Positions 11,864 to 26,549 are shown, counted from the whole stretch's first letter. The stretch is DNA of 62,204 nt, filler included, from Choristocarpus tenellus KU-1152 (GCA_964200185.2; 11 parts of 11 records of this genome joined end to end with filler, not necessarily neighbours in it), one strand, 5' to 3'. Numbers and translations: made by a program. Notes: generated by a model not told the origin, from the letters alone.

Positions 11864-13110
11864 CTTTGACATAGCAGCACTTATTATGTGCTCTTTCCAT
11901 GGCCTGGAAGGTTAAATTGCAGTAGCCAACAGCTAGGGGTTAGGGCAGAAAGGTAGACAAAGGCACAAGTCGTTTCGTCATGGGGACCAACAGTGCAGGC
12001 AGAGGGGTGGAGAAGGCTAGACATGTTGGGCGCTAAGTTACATTCCCAAATGCCAAAGAAAAAGCACACTCTAGACCAAGAGTTCCTTGTTGCTGGGTAG
12101 CTGGCTGACTGAAGGGTGACTACTCAAAGAGCCACACACAAAAACAAAAAACTATCGTATCTAAGTTCAACTCGAATACCTACGTTTTTGTGGATAATAA
12201 ATCGATTTACCCCAAGAGAGCTTAATTCCAGGCTCTTTAGATAATCGATATTTTTATCACTACTAAATAACACCGCTTGTAATACGTTGGGATGTTTTTT
12301 TCCTACTCTACACTCAAGTCTTTCACTTCCTCCTGAAGTGGAACCACACTAAACACCACAGTACCAAATGATTTGTCCCTTTGTTCCCGTAACTGGAAAC
12401 GGACTCTTGCTTCATTCAGGGAAAAAAACACAATTTCCTCGGCAACACCGTAAGGGGAGGAGTGCTAATCCCATGGCCTATGATGAGGGGGGAAGTTCTC
12501 CCCCAGTATCTATTGCACTATCACATTTGAAAGGGTGAAAAGCGACGGTTGTGTAGTCTTGACAATTGCCCCTGTGGATAGTTGAAGTACCCAGACTATC
12601 ATCGACGCAGCAGTAGCTTAAAATGCATTCAAACAAGAGGACTACGTGCAGAAGCACCAGTGCTAACATGCCGTTATTTTTACCACCATGGGAATAGCTC
12701 GGAGGGATCTTAAAGCAGGGGGTGTCAGGATTAACAATAATAAAAAAAATACTAAGCACGTTTTTTTTTTTCCAGGTTATTGGGATAGAGAAATAGCATG
12801 AAAAGGAACGAGCCTAGAAAGGAATATTAAAAAATAAAATTGACCCAAAATGATGATTTTGCCCCAGACCTCTCCCCACAATCAATCTTGACTTGACTGG
12901 CAGTGTCTGTGTGCGTGTGTGTCTGTGTGTGTCCAGCACACCTGTGTACTATATGTACTATATGCTGTTACACACATGCCAGACAGACAAATGTGTCCCC
13001 CTTGGACATCCAAGACTATTCAAGACCCTGCCATTTTCAAGGGGGGTGTTGTCAAAAAGACACACAGCAGAAGCATGGAGCCAAAGTAACCAAGAGGGAG
13101 GTGCCACTGA

Positions 13111-13368
13111 GAGTGAGAGTATCTTAAAGGGTACGAGTTTTGGCCTGTTTGGCAATTTGGGGCTTGGTTTCCCTCGGGGATTTGATGACATTTTCCTATT
13201 CCGATATGTTTTGGAGTAGGTAAAATGTATATGTTATGAAAAGGTGTGTCCGGAACAAGGATATTGACACTTCCCAACAAACACTATAGCCAAAATTACA
13301 TCGAAATTGCAACATTGGATTTTGGCCCCCAAATGGACGCGGCTCTACCCTCTAAGATACTTTGGCTC
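13111..13368. mobile_element. MITE family A, full length (258 bp), PIF/Harbinger-like
   Basis: ~23-bp TIRs GAGTGAGAGTATCTTAAAGGGTA / TACCCTCTAAGATACTTTGGCTC, with 3-bp TGA duplicated on both sides. Confidence 0.88.
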
Positions 13369-13855
13369 TGAGTTTTTAAGGGGCCTTCTGACTTTTTAAG
13401 TGGCATACGCTTTTGGCACACACAGCCCTCTCAGCTGTTATTTTGCGAGTCCATTTAGCTTGCAGAAGAAATTTATTGTCATCAACACCATGGGTCAAAG
13501 TATCTGGGGGGGGGGGGGGGGGGGGGGGTGGCCCTTTTTTTTTTTTTTTTTTTTTTGTTGTTTTTTTTGGGTCGTNNNNNNNNNNNNNNNNNNNNNNNNN
13601 NNNNNNNNNNNNNNNNNNNTTAATTAATTAANNNNNNNNNNNNNNNNNNNNNNNNNNNNNNNNNNNNNNNNNNNNTAATGCTACGGCCCCCCCCGACATC
13701 CACCCCCCTCCCCCCCCCCCCCCCCTTCCGCCCCCCCCCCCCCCCCCCCCCCCTCCCCTCCCCACCAGGTTGAGGAGTTACACTACTGAGTGCTGGAAGT
13801 GACACCAAAATACATTCTTGAACCAGGGACATACGCGAGAAAGTCACATTAAAAA

Positions 13856-13886
<31 letters not shown>

Positions 13887-14322
13887 TAACTGTACTCTAC
13901 AAAAAACTCGTACACTCCGCTAGCTAGACATCTATCTTTACAGCACTACCCTCAGAAAAGCAATCGCTTCACAGCAAGCATCCTGGGGCAGGAGGGACGA
14001 GGCTAAACTAACTAACTGCTCACGGTCTTGCCATCTAGCCATCCCCCTCTATCAGTGGCGTGGCACATTCTTAAGACCAGCGGATGGTTTTGTGTGTGTG
14101 TGTGTGTGTTTTTTGCTTGATGGGGTGAAGAAAAATAAATAAATCGAGGATTTAAAAAAAAATTAATTTAATTAATTAATTAATTAATTTCAATTGTTGT
14201 TGTTTTTGTTTTTGTTGCTGCCTTGTGTGGTGTTGATGTCGTACTTCTCTTCTATAGATTAGTGATCAAATCGCCTTCGTTAGAAATAAATAAATAAATA
14301 ATGCAAACAATTATGTATGTAT

Positions 14323-14350
14323 GTATGTATGTATGTATGTATGTATGTAT
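14323..14350. repeat. (TATG)n microsatellite in an AT-rich low-complexity intron
   Basis: Direct inspection. Confidence 0.85.
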
Positions 14351-14499
14351 GGACAATTCTGTCCGTGCTAACACAATCTCAACCAAAAAAAACATCAGAA
14401 CAAGGAAAAAAAAAACAAGAAACCTGCAGTCACAGCGCCAAACCAGTATAGAACAGATAGCCTTTACTCACTTGTTTGTACTACCAGAGAACCTCCTGA

Positions 14500-14530
<31 letters not shown>

Positions 14531-14753
14531 ACAACAGACCACAGCATCAAAAACTACAAACCTTTTTTTTTTAAAGAAAAAATTGTTCCATTTTTTTTGG
14601 AAGAGAGGAAAAAAAAAATCTCAGAAAAGGTATATATATATAATATATATATATATATTTATGCATGCATCTTTTTTGTTTATTTCCCCCCTCCCGTAAT
14701 CGTAAAAAAAAAACTTGACTTTTTATTTTTATCCTCCATCACTGCGCGCGCAC

Positions 14754-14943
14754 CTGAGCGTTCCAGAGCACTGCCACTCGCCCCGGCTGTTGGCCCAGGA
14801 GCTCCCCCAGCGACAGAGTGGCATGCTTCGGGTTGATGAGTCTTCTGGGTCCGAGGCACCTCTTCACGAAGCGCCCCACCCTATCTAGGGGCATGCCATT
14901 CCCCAGGTCAGGAAAGCGGTGGAAGTCCAGGAGGACGATCTCA
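14754..14943 (-). CDS. Internal exon, probable PI-PLC X-domain (PLCXD-like) protein
   Basis: GC-rich island in an AT-rich contig encoding EIVLLDFHRFPDLG...LSLGELLGQQPGRVAVLW, resembling the PLCXD motifs EVVILDFxHF and TLxELxxxxxQVIV. Donor CAG|GTGCGC. Confidence 0.5.
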
Positions 14944-16306
14944 CTTGCGTGGGGGGACACAACAGCAACAGAGCGGGTGAACGAATGAAAGATTCGTTTT
15001 TCATTTGGTAGACGTTACAATGAAAGATTCATTTTTCTTTTTGTAGACGTTAGAGTGGAACAACACACAAAAAAACAAACAACAATAATAATAAAAAAGG
15101 GTGGAGACACAGGAGCAAGATCATAATAAAGAGGTTTTGGGGTGTGAGCGATGGCAGCAATACAGTACACACACACACACACACACATATTTATGGGGAA
15201 AAAATGGAGAAAATATGGAGTATCTTTTTCTATATATATGTGTGTAGAGAAATTTATACTATTCTTATTTTTCATTTTGAGGTGCTCTCTTGTACAAAGA
15301 TTGTGTAACGTTATCTTCTTCCTTACTGTGGCGTATAGACTCTTCCAAAGGACTGTTGTTTTTTGTTCTCCTTGATGGTGGAACTGGCTCTATCATCAGT
15401 TGATGCAACGACCACATGGCTTTATAGTGCCAACTGTTTTATTAGATTTAATTTTGAATTTTATTATTATTAACCTTGAAACGGGATGATATTCTGGATG
15501 GTTTAATTATTTATTTGTTTATGGTTAGGTATTGCAGGGTGAATGAATGTCATGGTCACCTCATTTGCTCAATATGTATTCCATTTTTTTTTAAATAGTA
15601 ACAGTACGGGTACTAACACACGGGGTCTAGTGATTAACCTGTAGAGGTTCTGACAATATAAACATGCTAATACGCCACATTTTTTACAACTCCTTGCGAG
15701 TACAGCTACTACTACCATCAAGCACTATTATTACTGTTTCATTATAGTCAATGTTATTATTATTATTTTATTGCAGTCAACATTATTATTTCATCATAGT
15801 CAACATTGTTATCATTATTTTATTGCAGTCAACACTATTATATATATATATATACCATCAACCTTGGTATTTTTACAGTTACGACAAACAGGCCCCACTT
15901 CCGATCGGGGGGATTCTTGCCAACTCAAAAAAAAAGAATATTATTTTACAATTTATATTTATACAACGACAACTTCCTATATTACAAAAAATATATATAT
16001 TATTTTACCCCTGTCGAGCATTGGACACAAAAGGATGCTAGGTGTTGTTGGCCAAGCAATAACGACCTGGGGAACAATAATAAAAAAAAGTTAATCGATC
16101 TAAGGCATCCCCCCCCAAAAAAATACAATACACGGCTGTAGCAGCGCAATGAAAATAAAGAAAATATAGTTGTTTTTTTCCATTAAGTCAGTGAAGTCAG
16201 TGAATTCGTTTCACACAACACAAGCATCACTTTGGCAATGCAAACATAACTTCACTTCATCAAGAACCATCCAACAATAACTTCAACCTGATTTCCCAAA
16301 CACCTG

Positions 16307-16358
<52 letters not shown>

Positions 16359-16777
16359 CCAAGAACCCCACTAACGGCCGACAAACCTCATACTATAATT
16401 AAGAAAAAAAAAAAAAAANNNNNNNNNNNNNNNNNNNNNNNNNNNNNNNNNNNNNNNNNNNNTTAATTAATTAANNNNNNNNNNNNNNNNNNNNNNNNNN
16501 NNNNNNNNNNNNNNNNNNCATGTGGGTAGTCAGCTCATCCAGGAAGCTTTCCGCTTGCTTGCCGAGGCGCCCAAAACTTTCCACCGCAAAGAAGGTGTTG
16601 CTTAATTAAGATATTGTTACACATAATTTATGTATTACCTACGTATCATAGAAAAAACATATAAGCTCGAGTTTCCCTCCAATTTCTCACTAGTCCTTCA
16701 CATATCAACTCACAACAAAAAATCCAATTGTGGAGTCACAACCTTACTGAACTTCATAAAGTGTTCGGGAACCAACG

Positions 16778-17230
16778 ATGTGGATAGGTTGTTTGACTAG
16801 GTGGCGATTAGCTGGGGCATGGGTCTTGTTGCTGGTGTTTCTCTATCCACCGGCATTGACTGGCGAGAGAGTAAGCTCAACGTTGACAGGGGAGGAGGTG
16901 AGACTCACGATGCGATCTACCTGCGAGGTTTCCAACTTAATATCAATGTCTCACCCAGCTGCGACAAGGAGAATATACCCTACATCGGAGATCGAGAGCA
17001 TGAAAATTTTCTCTTCCCGCATGCTCCTGTGGTCATTACCTTTAATCTATAAACAGTGCACCATTTTCTTGCCTCCTTGACCCCCTTTGTGTTACATAGC
17101 AACATCCTCTTTCTACACCGTTTCTATCTTCTCTTCCCATCCCTACATTGGACACGCCAGGTCGATAGCTTAGTTATGAATGGAGAAGTTCAATGGTTAG
17201 ATGGTGGCCTGCGATGGATGGATACCCAAG
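16778..17230 (+). CDS. Possible first two exons of a secreted protein
   Basis: MWIGCLTRWRLAGAWVLLLVFLYPPALTG (signal-peptide-like) ends at GAG|GTGAGA (16897). An in-phase exon 17161-17230 follows (CCAG|...CAAG|GTCAGT). No family recognised. Confidence 0.3.
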
Positions 17231-18709
17231 GTCAGTTGGTTTCACAGATGGAGACTGGAAGGTAGCCTTCTGGTTACCTAACAAACGTTCACTCCACTGG
17301 GTGCTTGCATAATTTTCCCTTTAAGCGAATCCTCATATTATAGCGCCCTTCTGATACTCCACTCCGTTTGTTCATCAAAGAGTCATCTATAAAAGGTTTT
17401 CAACAACTATGCTTGACTTTGTGGCCGTCGAAGTATTCTCCAAGAGGTATCTTTCTACAATCTATTTCGAAGCGTTGGGCGGATTGATCCCACAAGACTG
17501 ATAGCTGATAATTCGATTGATCTGCTGCACGTCTACTTTGGTGCATAATATAATACTCAACGTCGTGGGCTTGGTTCCGAAGGAGAGAGTACAACAGGAC
17601 AAAGGCCACTGGAAGAACAACATCGAAATTTGCGTTGGAAATTTTGGGGCAATGATGATGGCACCCCGAACAAGGTGAAAGAGGTGCAGAAAGGAAATGC
17701 CGAAGGTGAGCATCTTTCCATTGGCATGTCTTGCCATCAACCATGTGCTTCTGAACCAGCTAACATGTGACAGAGTACTTCGAGGAGAAAGCACACAATA
17801 TCCTTTGTCATGTTGTAAAGCGTTATGTACCTCGTTCATTACGTAGGGATCCTCTTTGGCGTAGGTTCATGCATATTCACCTGAGCTGCAGTTTTGTGCG
17901 AAAGGCCTACTACGTACGAGCTTGAACGCTCAATCCACTACTACACTATCATACCCACTGCATCGTTCCATAATAGAACTCTCATGCATATTCTGCCTCG
18001 TCTTTTGCGCAGTAAACGCACGTTGTTTGTGTGGGTTACAGGTTTGCAAACAGGAACAGGGAAAAAACGACTTGGAACCAAAATGCTCTCGCTTTTATCG
18101 AAACACATGACCGTAACACAATGCACGTAAGATTTCATGTGATACACGCACGCACAAGGTGGAGGTATTCCCGAGTAGCGCACAAAAGGCTGTTATAAAA
18201 CAACCGTATACTTTTCCTCACCACCACAACGACTGTGTTACCTCCGGAGTGTGTACTTGGACCTTTCTGATGTCTCACTTGTCTCCCACTGCAACCCTCG
18301 TCCTCTGGTCTTGATCGTGGGATTGCGACCGGCCCTGCTACATTGTTTTTTGCTGTATTCTACTTCAAAATATATACAGTTCATTGGAGTAGAAAAAAAA
18401 AAACGGATCAGGGGCACAATATGGCATATCCTGAGTACAAGAAGTACAAGAGGAAATGTTTGCAATTACATTTTTTGTTGAGACACACTCCTTTTTGACA
18501 TTGAGACATGCTCCTTTTTGACCTTCACTTCTGTATTCCTTGCCCAAACAAGGCGTTCTTGTGATTCTCTGTTTTGCTGTGTGCACTCATCCAACCCTAA
18601 CCCCCAACTTCTGTACGAACTGGAGTTGTTTCTTTTTTCTTTTCAATGCTCCCTGGAAAGTATGACAATCCCCCGATTGTTTACTTTGTGCCATGAACTC
18701 TGTGAAGGC

Positions 18710-18790
18710 ATTATTTACTCTGTGAAGGCATCATTTATTGACTTTGTGAAGGCATCATTTATTAACTTTGTGAAGGCATCATTTACTTTT
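18710..18790. repeat. Tandem repeat, ~21-23-bp unit (TGTGAAGGCATCATTTA...) x4
   Basis: Direct inspection. Confidence 0.85.
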
Positions 18791-19695
18791 TTTTTGCAGT
18801 TGAGGTGATTCAAGGATGGTGAGAGTAACAAACTGCACTCCCTCCAATAGGTGTCTTATTTGTGTGCGTGTGTCCGACTCAGTGTTTTGGCCTTGATATT
18901 GAAGCATCAAAAGTAATTGTTGCTTCCCTACATATAAATATAAAACTCTGGGGGGAACGTTTTTACTGCTCCCGTTCTTTTTTATTTTATGGAAAATATG
19001 GCTCTTCTACAGTGGTGTTTTATACTCGAGTAAAGTACCAGAGAATTAATAAAATGATAAATTTCTAGATTTTTTTTTTGTAAGGGATAGCGATATGTGA
19101 AAGTCGAAAAAAAAAATGGTTACGTGTTGATGGCGGTTTATCCATTCTTACCTCCGGTGGAGCTAGCTAATGTACTTTTGAGTGTAGTAGTTTAAGATGA
19201 AATGCTGTGCTGGATGTGCCAGAAGGGGGGAGGAGTTATATTTGCAAACAGTTGAAAATGAAAAAAAAGAAATGAACACTTTTTATTTTATTTCATTTGT
19301 TTAATCATTTTTTTTTTTTTTCGGGAGTCAAATGTCCCACTTACAAAAAAAAGAAGAGAAACTGGATCTGAGTAGAGAATATGTGACTCTTTGATGAGGA
19401 CGTTACGCCACAGGCGCATGCCACGGAAGAGTGGTTTTTTTGTTGGGTTACAGGTGGGTTTGAGACGCCTATTTTCAGTAGAGCTCCCAGCGCGTGCATG
19501 TATGGAGCAGGAAGAGGAAAATTCTCCTCGAACCGCTTTGGACTGTTTTGGTCTGTTGAAAAAAACTATTTTTATTGTTCTTTTGACGGATTGAATCGAG
19601 GTGTGATGCGGTCGACTGCTGTGATCAGCGACGTGTGATGAAGCCTCTCTGGAGATGAACCCCCCCCCCCCCCCCCCCCCCCCTTCTCCCTGTTC

Positions 19696-19932
19696 CGGAA
19701 TAATAGTGCTTGGTGTAAAATGATATGAGGGAGGGGAGTATCCCAACCACTACTTATTGTCTGTTTCGGAATATAATAGTGCTTGGTGTAGAGTAATAAT
19801 GAGGGAGGGAGCATTTTAACTACTACTTATTGTCTGTTACTAATTGTCTGTTATTACTTATTTTCTGTTACAGAATAATTGTGCTTAATGTAGAATAATA
19901 ATGGAGCATTCCAACTACTACTCACTGTCTGT
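19696..19932. repeat. Degenerate minisatellite, ~72-bp unit x3
   Basis: GAATAATAGTGCTTGGTGTA...CTACTTATTGTCTGT repeated three times. Confidence 0.75.
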
Positions 19933-20189
19933 ATAGTGTTTATTGTCTAGAGGAAGGACAAGTGTGACATTAATAGTGGTACTACAAATGATAATGATGG
20001 TGATAGTGACAATGATAACAATGTGGTGGACTGGTCCCAACGGGACCTCATCTCAGTCAGATGCTTTCTGTGAGCATACAAGAGTATGTTGTATTGTGGG
20101 CACACTTGTTATCACTAGTGACATGTACATCAACATCCAATCAAACCCGCAAATGTTCTGAGTTATCCTGAACCACTTGCAGATGGGAG

Positions 20190-20615
20190 TGACAATTATA
20201 TGGCATACAATTACATGACATAACAATTATGTGATATATATGACATACAATCATATTATGCATAAATCATACGACATGCAATTATATGACATACAATTAT
20301 ATTATACATAAATCATATGACATACAACTGTTAGATGTGAAATTCAAACCATGTTCATCCTGGAGGATTGATGACTACCACTAATAATGATAGTACTACT
20401 GTTGCTGCTACCACCACTACTAATGATAATGATATTAATGATAACAATAGTAATCATAAAGATACTACTATTGCTGCTAATAAGGATACTACTACTACAA
20501 ATAATGATGAAAATACTATTGCTCCTAATAATGCTACTACTACTACTTATGATAATGATATTAATGATAATAGTAACCATAACGATACTACTCCCAGTAA
20601 TGATATTGATAAGGT
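20190..20615. repeat. Low-complexity ATATGACATACAATT repeats followed by AAT/GAT/ACT trinucleotide degenerate repeats
   Basis: Direct inspection. This explains the spurious I/S-, T/N/D- and L/M-rich ORFs here. Confidence 0.8.
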
Positions 20616-23600
20616 ACACCTTTTCTCTCATCATCAGTCTAAACAGTTTTGAGGTACGTTTTGCTTCTGTAGAACCAATTCGTGTACATACAATCCCTAG
20701 CGCTGTAATCAGTTCTTGTAGTGATACACAGTCCTACTGATATTTTTTTAAGGTAATTCACATTAATAGTGGGTTTTTCAAAAGATCCCCCCCCNNNNNN
20801 NNNNNNNNNNNNNNNNNNNNNNNNNNNNNNNNNNNNNNTTAATTAATTAANNNNNNNNNNNNNNNNNNNNNNNNNNNNNNNNNNNNNNNNNNNNAATTGG
20901 GGGGGGGGCATAAGAGGAATGTGGCAAGCAAGCAGATCCAGGGTAGCTGATAGGCAGGTGTTGTGTATGGGTTGCTTAAGGATGGAGAAAATTTGGAGGG
21001 GAGGTGTGGAAGCAACTTGTCATGTCGTGAGAAGCACGGACAAAAAAATAGTTGGAAACAGCTGGCAGTTGAAGGGTGAGAGGCAAGGAATTTTCTCAGT
21101 TTTGTGGTAAAGTGAGTAGTTGTGCACAGCAATATTTTTCAGGCCTACACTCAGGGAATGCAAGAAACCATGCTGTAAGTAAGATTGCAATGGTGTACCA
21201 GGTAGTACATTTGCTTGTGCTGAGAGAGAAGTGTAGCACCATTGTTTACTCCCTGACACTTGTGACAAGGTCGATACCATTGCTTCTGCTGTTACTCACT
21301 GTTTCTCATGTATAACTATTAGCAGATGATATACAGTGTGAATATATCCAAGAGGCGTAAGGAAATGGTGCTGTAGTCTCAATCTAGTTTGTTGTATGAC
21401 AGACCTGTGAAATATTGATAATATTTTCCAAAGGAGTGTTGCCAGCACGCATTTTAAATGTACTGGGAAGGGGACTCCCAGCGCTAATCTACCATTCATT
21501 GAGATTTCATGAAAGTAGGCTTGTTTGCCTTCATGTGTGCATTACCTAACATGGTGAGAAACATACATATAGTACTGCATATATACCTGCGTGTTGACCC
21601 TTGAATTGGTTATTAGTGTATTCCTTGAAAGCAATGTAGTGATGACATCGCCAAAATACCATCCCTTGTGAGAGGGTGATAGATGTTGCAGTGCTTACCC
21701 GTATCTGCAGGAGTACTAGGAGATGCTGGTAAATTAGTCTGAACTCTTCCTGACACAGGGTTATATTCTATGGTTGTTGGAAAGATAACATGAACTTGAA
21801 GCGTGAGCAAACCAGACCACCCAGGAAAATCCCTTTGGGTGAAACACCCTCAGGAATGGAGGTTTTCACCCGAAGATATGAAGGTTTAAAGGGCAGTGTT
21901 CATGGCAACCTATTGAGCTGGCAGTAGGAGTAATCGTGTTGACTTTTTTTTCACAAGTTATCTCCCTTTACCTGAATTGCCTGTTTAGCGTGGGGCAAGA
22001 CCTTAACATCCACGTCAGGCAGTCCCTATTGAGAGGAGACTGCGCTGTCTAAGGCAGGAAGGTTTCGTGTATGGCCATGCACAGAAACATCTCAGCCCCA
22101 CAATACCTTTGGGAATTGGAAAAATGCTTCTTAGCTGGGTTGCAATCATTCTTGGGAGACCTCTAACATATATTCATACACTATCGGGTAATATTGAGGG
22201 GAGTCCAGGGCATAGAAACTGCCCTATGTGGTTGGGGCGCTGAATTCTGTGGCCAGCTCCTTGAAATCACCTATGGAGTTCTCACTCCTCCTTGTCATTG
22301 TGTAAGTTTTGCATGTTGAATTGAGTGAAGAGCAGAATGAGGTGAACAAGATTGGCAGTAGAGTGTAGAACAAATCAACGGCAAAGATAAATGAAGGCAC
22401 AGAGACATGAATATTTTTCACTACAACACCAAGTATGCTGCACAAATGCCCAGGACAGGTCTGTGGTTGAATAGGTGTCAGAAGGACACCTCTGTTTTGG
22501 AAGATATGATAATTAGAGAAAGGACAGTCACCTAAGACCTTCTTAGGAATGAGAAGCGTATCTCCTGCATTTGTGATGGATCTCATGTGTCAAAGAGGTA
22601 GGTTAAGTGAAATGAGTGTGTGCCATTATGTTCAATGCTTAATCTGATGTTGAAGTGGAAATCTACTGACCATGTTGGTCATAACCACCTCTGGATTCTC
22701 TGCATCCATACCAAAACACTTGAAGATGTTATTGGGAATGTTATGCTTGTGAACGATCATGGGTAGTTGTCCAGCTTAGCCCTGATCTTGTTATTCAAAA
22801 TGTTCTTCATGAATGGGGATAGATGAAGAGTGCCAGCAAGGGAGATGGCTTGGGAAAGACAGAGGTGGGTTGTGATACTTCACAGTGTGGGTAAGAGACC
22901 TGATAATAACGACCCACGATGGACATTCTAGAGAGAAACATTGTACACCATGGATTTTGGGGAATACTCTTAATTTCTGTAGGTACAGAAGGTAGGCAAG
23001 GTATATGCAGGGTTACCATGCACAGGTATGTATGTTGAACTTGAAGCATTGTTGGGTTCAGTGTGGTCTGTGAGAAGCACATTTTTTTTCAAGTCCATTT
23101 TCGAGGCACCTATGTGTGACCAGTGTGTCAAGGCGTCACACTTACATCTATGGGATTCCCTGTCAATTTACGCTTGTTTTAAGCACATCATACATTGTCC
23201 TACACTGTGAAAGTGGCTGTTCACCATGTTTATTTGAGCACCAACTGACTTGGGACAAGATGTCCCCAAGCCTGACTGAGAAGCGCTCGTGCAAGTCTTC
23301 CTTGAGATTGTAACACTGTATCTTGGCTATGTGCCCAGTGGTGAACTTCGCTCGCCTCTGCAATGCAGTGAGGTGTCATTGTTACAGGAGCAGTATATTC
23401 ATACCTATGTATACCTTTAATAGTGTTAGGCATCATAACAATATCACATTGGGAGGAATTGTATAAATTCAGTGTCCATATTTTTTGAGCATGTATCATA
23501 GTCTATCTGTTTCTAGTTGTTCCGATTTTCATGGAATCTCGTTGAGCCTGTAACACTCCGAACCTTGAGGTACAAGTATTGAAACCTGGAGCATGGCTCA

Positions 23601-26549
23601 AGCAACATGTTTCAATATGTTTTTGGGGGCGAAATAATAAGTATGATGTACTCCAGGACCAAAGGGATTAATCAAGTTTATGCCCTTATGGTGCCCAACT
23701 ATGAGTAGATGGGTGGTAAGTGATGGTGGTGCTAAAATACCCTGCGCCAGCTTACCCTAGGAATGCCGCATGCATGTCAATTGACTTCATCGTTTCAATA
23801 TCTGATTCAAACAGTGAAGCACTAAGAAGGGTGATATAGGCAAGTTCTGCAAGATAATTTGTCGGGGTTGATTTTTTAGTCGGCTATCACCACAATAATC
23901 ACTGTGTGATAGGGAAGGGGGGGGGGTAGCTATAGTTCATATTTGTCGGCAAAGTTTACAGGTTGAGCGAATACAGCATTTTTTGGAGAGAAGATGTGCT
24001 TGCCCTGTCTCCTCACCCACAGTTTCCCCCTCAATCTTTAAGTGATCAACATTAATGTTAGGCAGATGCCTGTGGCGATTCACAAAGTAATCAACAAGTT
24101 CACTATTGCTTTCTGTTGGTCCAATATGAGCGTTTTTAGTATATACTGGCACTACTACTAGAAATAGTATTACTACTTCCAAGTACAGAGTATAGCATAT
24201 CAAATCAACGAATTCATGTGTTCCACAACTTCGCCAGAAAAAGCAGAGAATGCACTTTGGTGTTTCTCCTGTAGAGGTTGACACTTGCCACTCCCAGGAT
24301 GTGGTGTGTTTTATATGACGTGGAAAATAAGAACACGATGCCACAAGCAATGTCAAACTTTTTGACAAGTGGGTTGGGCATCGAATGGATTGTGTTGTGA
24401 TTGTGACAAAGAAGTGCTGGCAGTTGTATCTTGTACTGTAGAGGTATGGGTGATGATGTGGGACATACTATATAATCATATTTGCCTATACCTTGCCATA
24501 AGACATAGTTCCATGAACAAACCCATATCAATAACATATAGCATGTGTATTGTCCTAACAACAATATCAAATGTGATACTGATACTTCTGCTCAGTAGCT
24601 GGATCCCAACTGCAAACTAAGACATTCGCTCTAGCAGTGGTGTATTCGACACAGAATGCAATCCCAACACACAATCGCATTTCAGTGACAATGCAATGAA
24701 CATTCAATAACCTCCTATGTACATGATATGTTGAGTAATCAGTGTTGATCCCGGTCTTAGAGCTAGCATCGATAGAGGGGTGATACTACTCATTCTATCA
24801 CCCTAGAACAACAACGAAAGCAGGTACTGAATACTACTGTGTGTAAGTCTATCAGTAGTAACCAAAGATTTGTACATTATTGTGGCATTTTAAATCACAA
24901 CATATATTCGTACACGATTGTTCTTTCCAACTAATTCACAATATAATGCTTGTAGATTAAGATGAGATAGGGTTAGAAATGTAGTACACAATTATCTTCT
25001 CTTGGCACATAAGTACAAATGATTTAGTATACATGTTGATGAATGATGAGTGATATATCATATTTGTACATCATTCCTCAACATTGAGTTGTATTCAATA
25101 TGTAATCGGTGGTATAAAATACCACTGGATAGAAATGATTTACACATCTTCACCACTCTTTCAACTTTCACATGGAATTATTTGTACATATATATGTTTT
25201 TCCTACTGGTTTGTGAAGCACAAATGAGACAAATCATGATTTCTTCGATATGTGGATACTTCTTTTCGGTAATTGGATCTCAACTGTAGACTCTAACAAT
25301 ACCTCTAGTAGTGGTGCGTCTGCAGGGCCACCTCGACACAAAATGCAACCTAGATAAATAGTATTTCAGTGACAATATTTTTTACAGTAACTGCTCTCCA
25401 GTCCATACGTTGTATAATCAATCATGATTCCTGTACTACATGGAGCTGACGTTGATGGGTTGCTCTGGGCCTCGAACTTTCAGTCTTAGGGAACGAAGAG
25501 TGAGCACATCACAAGGACTTACATCACCAGGGTATCCTGTACTACACACTTCTTCTGCAGCCTGAAACTTAGCCACGTACTACCTGCCGTGCTTCAGCAA
25601 CACCAGGAAGAATATAACAGTGGTGGACTCTACGTTGGTAAAGCCTATTGGGGTTGTACTAAGTGAAGATGAGAAGGAGAACACTCCCCACCAATCAGGC
25701 AGAGTGCTTTAGTAGCACCAACAGGAAAGATTCAAGTTGAGGCTGCGTTTTGTGTGCCTGGGAGAAAAGAGAGGGAAAAGCTTCAGCAGCCCCAGGAGAA
25801 AGGTACTAGGGGGGCTGTTGTTGACTGGGTAAAGGGGGTGGGTATTGCCAGGTGAGGGGCAAAATGTTTGATGATAGAGCTCAACATGCATGTGCAACTG
25901 TGGGGTTTGTGCACATTGTTGACCTTCAACTGGCTAGCAGGGAATTCTTCAAAAGTAATGGGGATATCACAGACCAGGCCTGGTGGCTAGACAACAAACA
26001 AAACCACATTATTGGCCAACCATCCCCTCAATTATGTTCAACAAAAAGAGTAGAAGGGAAGGGAAGGGTGTCTGTCAAACAACCTTTTCAAATATTTACC
26101 TCTGCACATCTACCAATAGCTGCTAATATCTTGATCATCAAGTGTGTTCTTGTTCTTGTTGTCAATGTTGTGTAGTAGTAGTAGTAGTGTGCTGGATATA
26201 TATATATATATATCCGTCCAATCTTCACACACAGTGTTATTGTCGCCATCACCACTACCTTTGTTACTACTACTAGTACTACCTCGTATAATAGGTAAGA
26301 GCACAGATTTCACAGAAATGGAGACAATGCATTGCATTCACATACGCACACACAAACACGATACTAACAAACTATCACATCTTTCTCTACAAAGTTCTTT
26401 GTTCCACCTCAGAAACTAAACAACCTTGAAGTTTCCATACCCATTTGTAGATTCCTCTGCTGTGGTCATAAAAGGTTGACTCTGAATATAAAAAGTTGGT
26501 GTTGGATAACAACCTCCTACAAGAACAAGATATGAATCATAACGAAGTA

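Noticed and set aside
16307-16356. Long poly-C/poly-G runs near contig ends as G-quadruplex elements
   Set aside because: Homopolymer lengths at contig ends are unreliable and probably sequencing or assembly artefacts.
20344-20740. ORFs rich in I/S, T/N/D or L/M
   Set aside because: Products of trinucleotide low-complexity sequence open in several frames.
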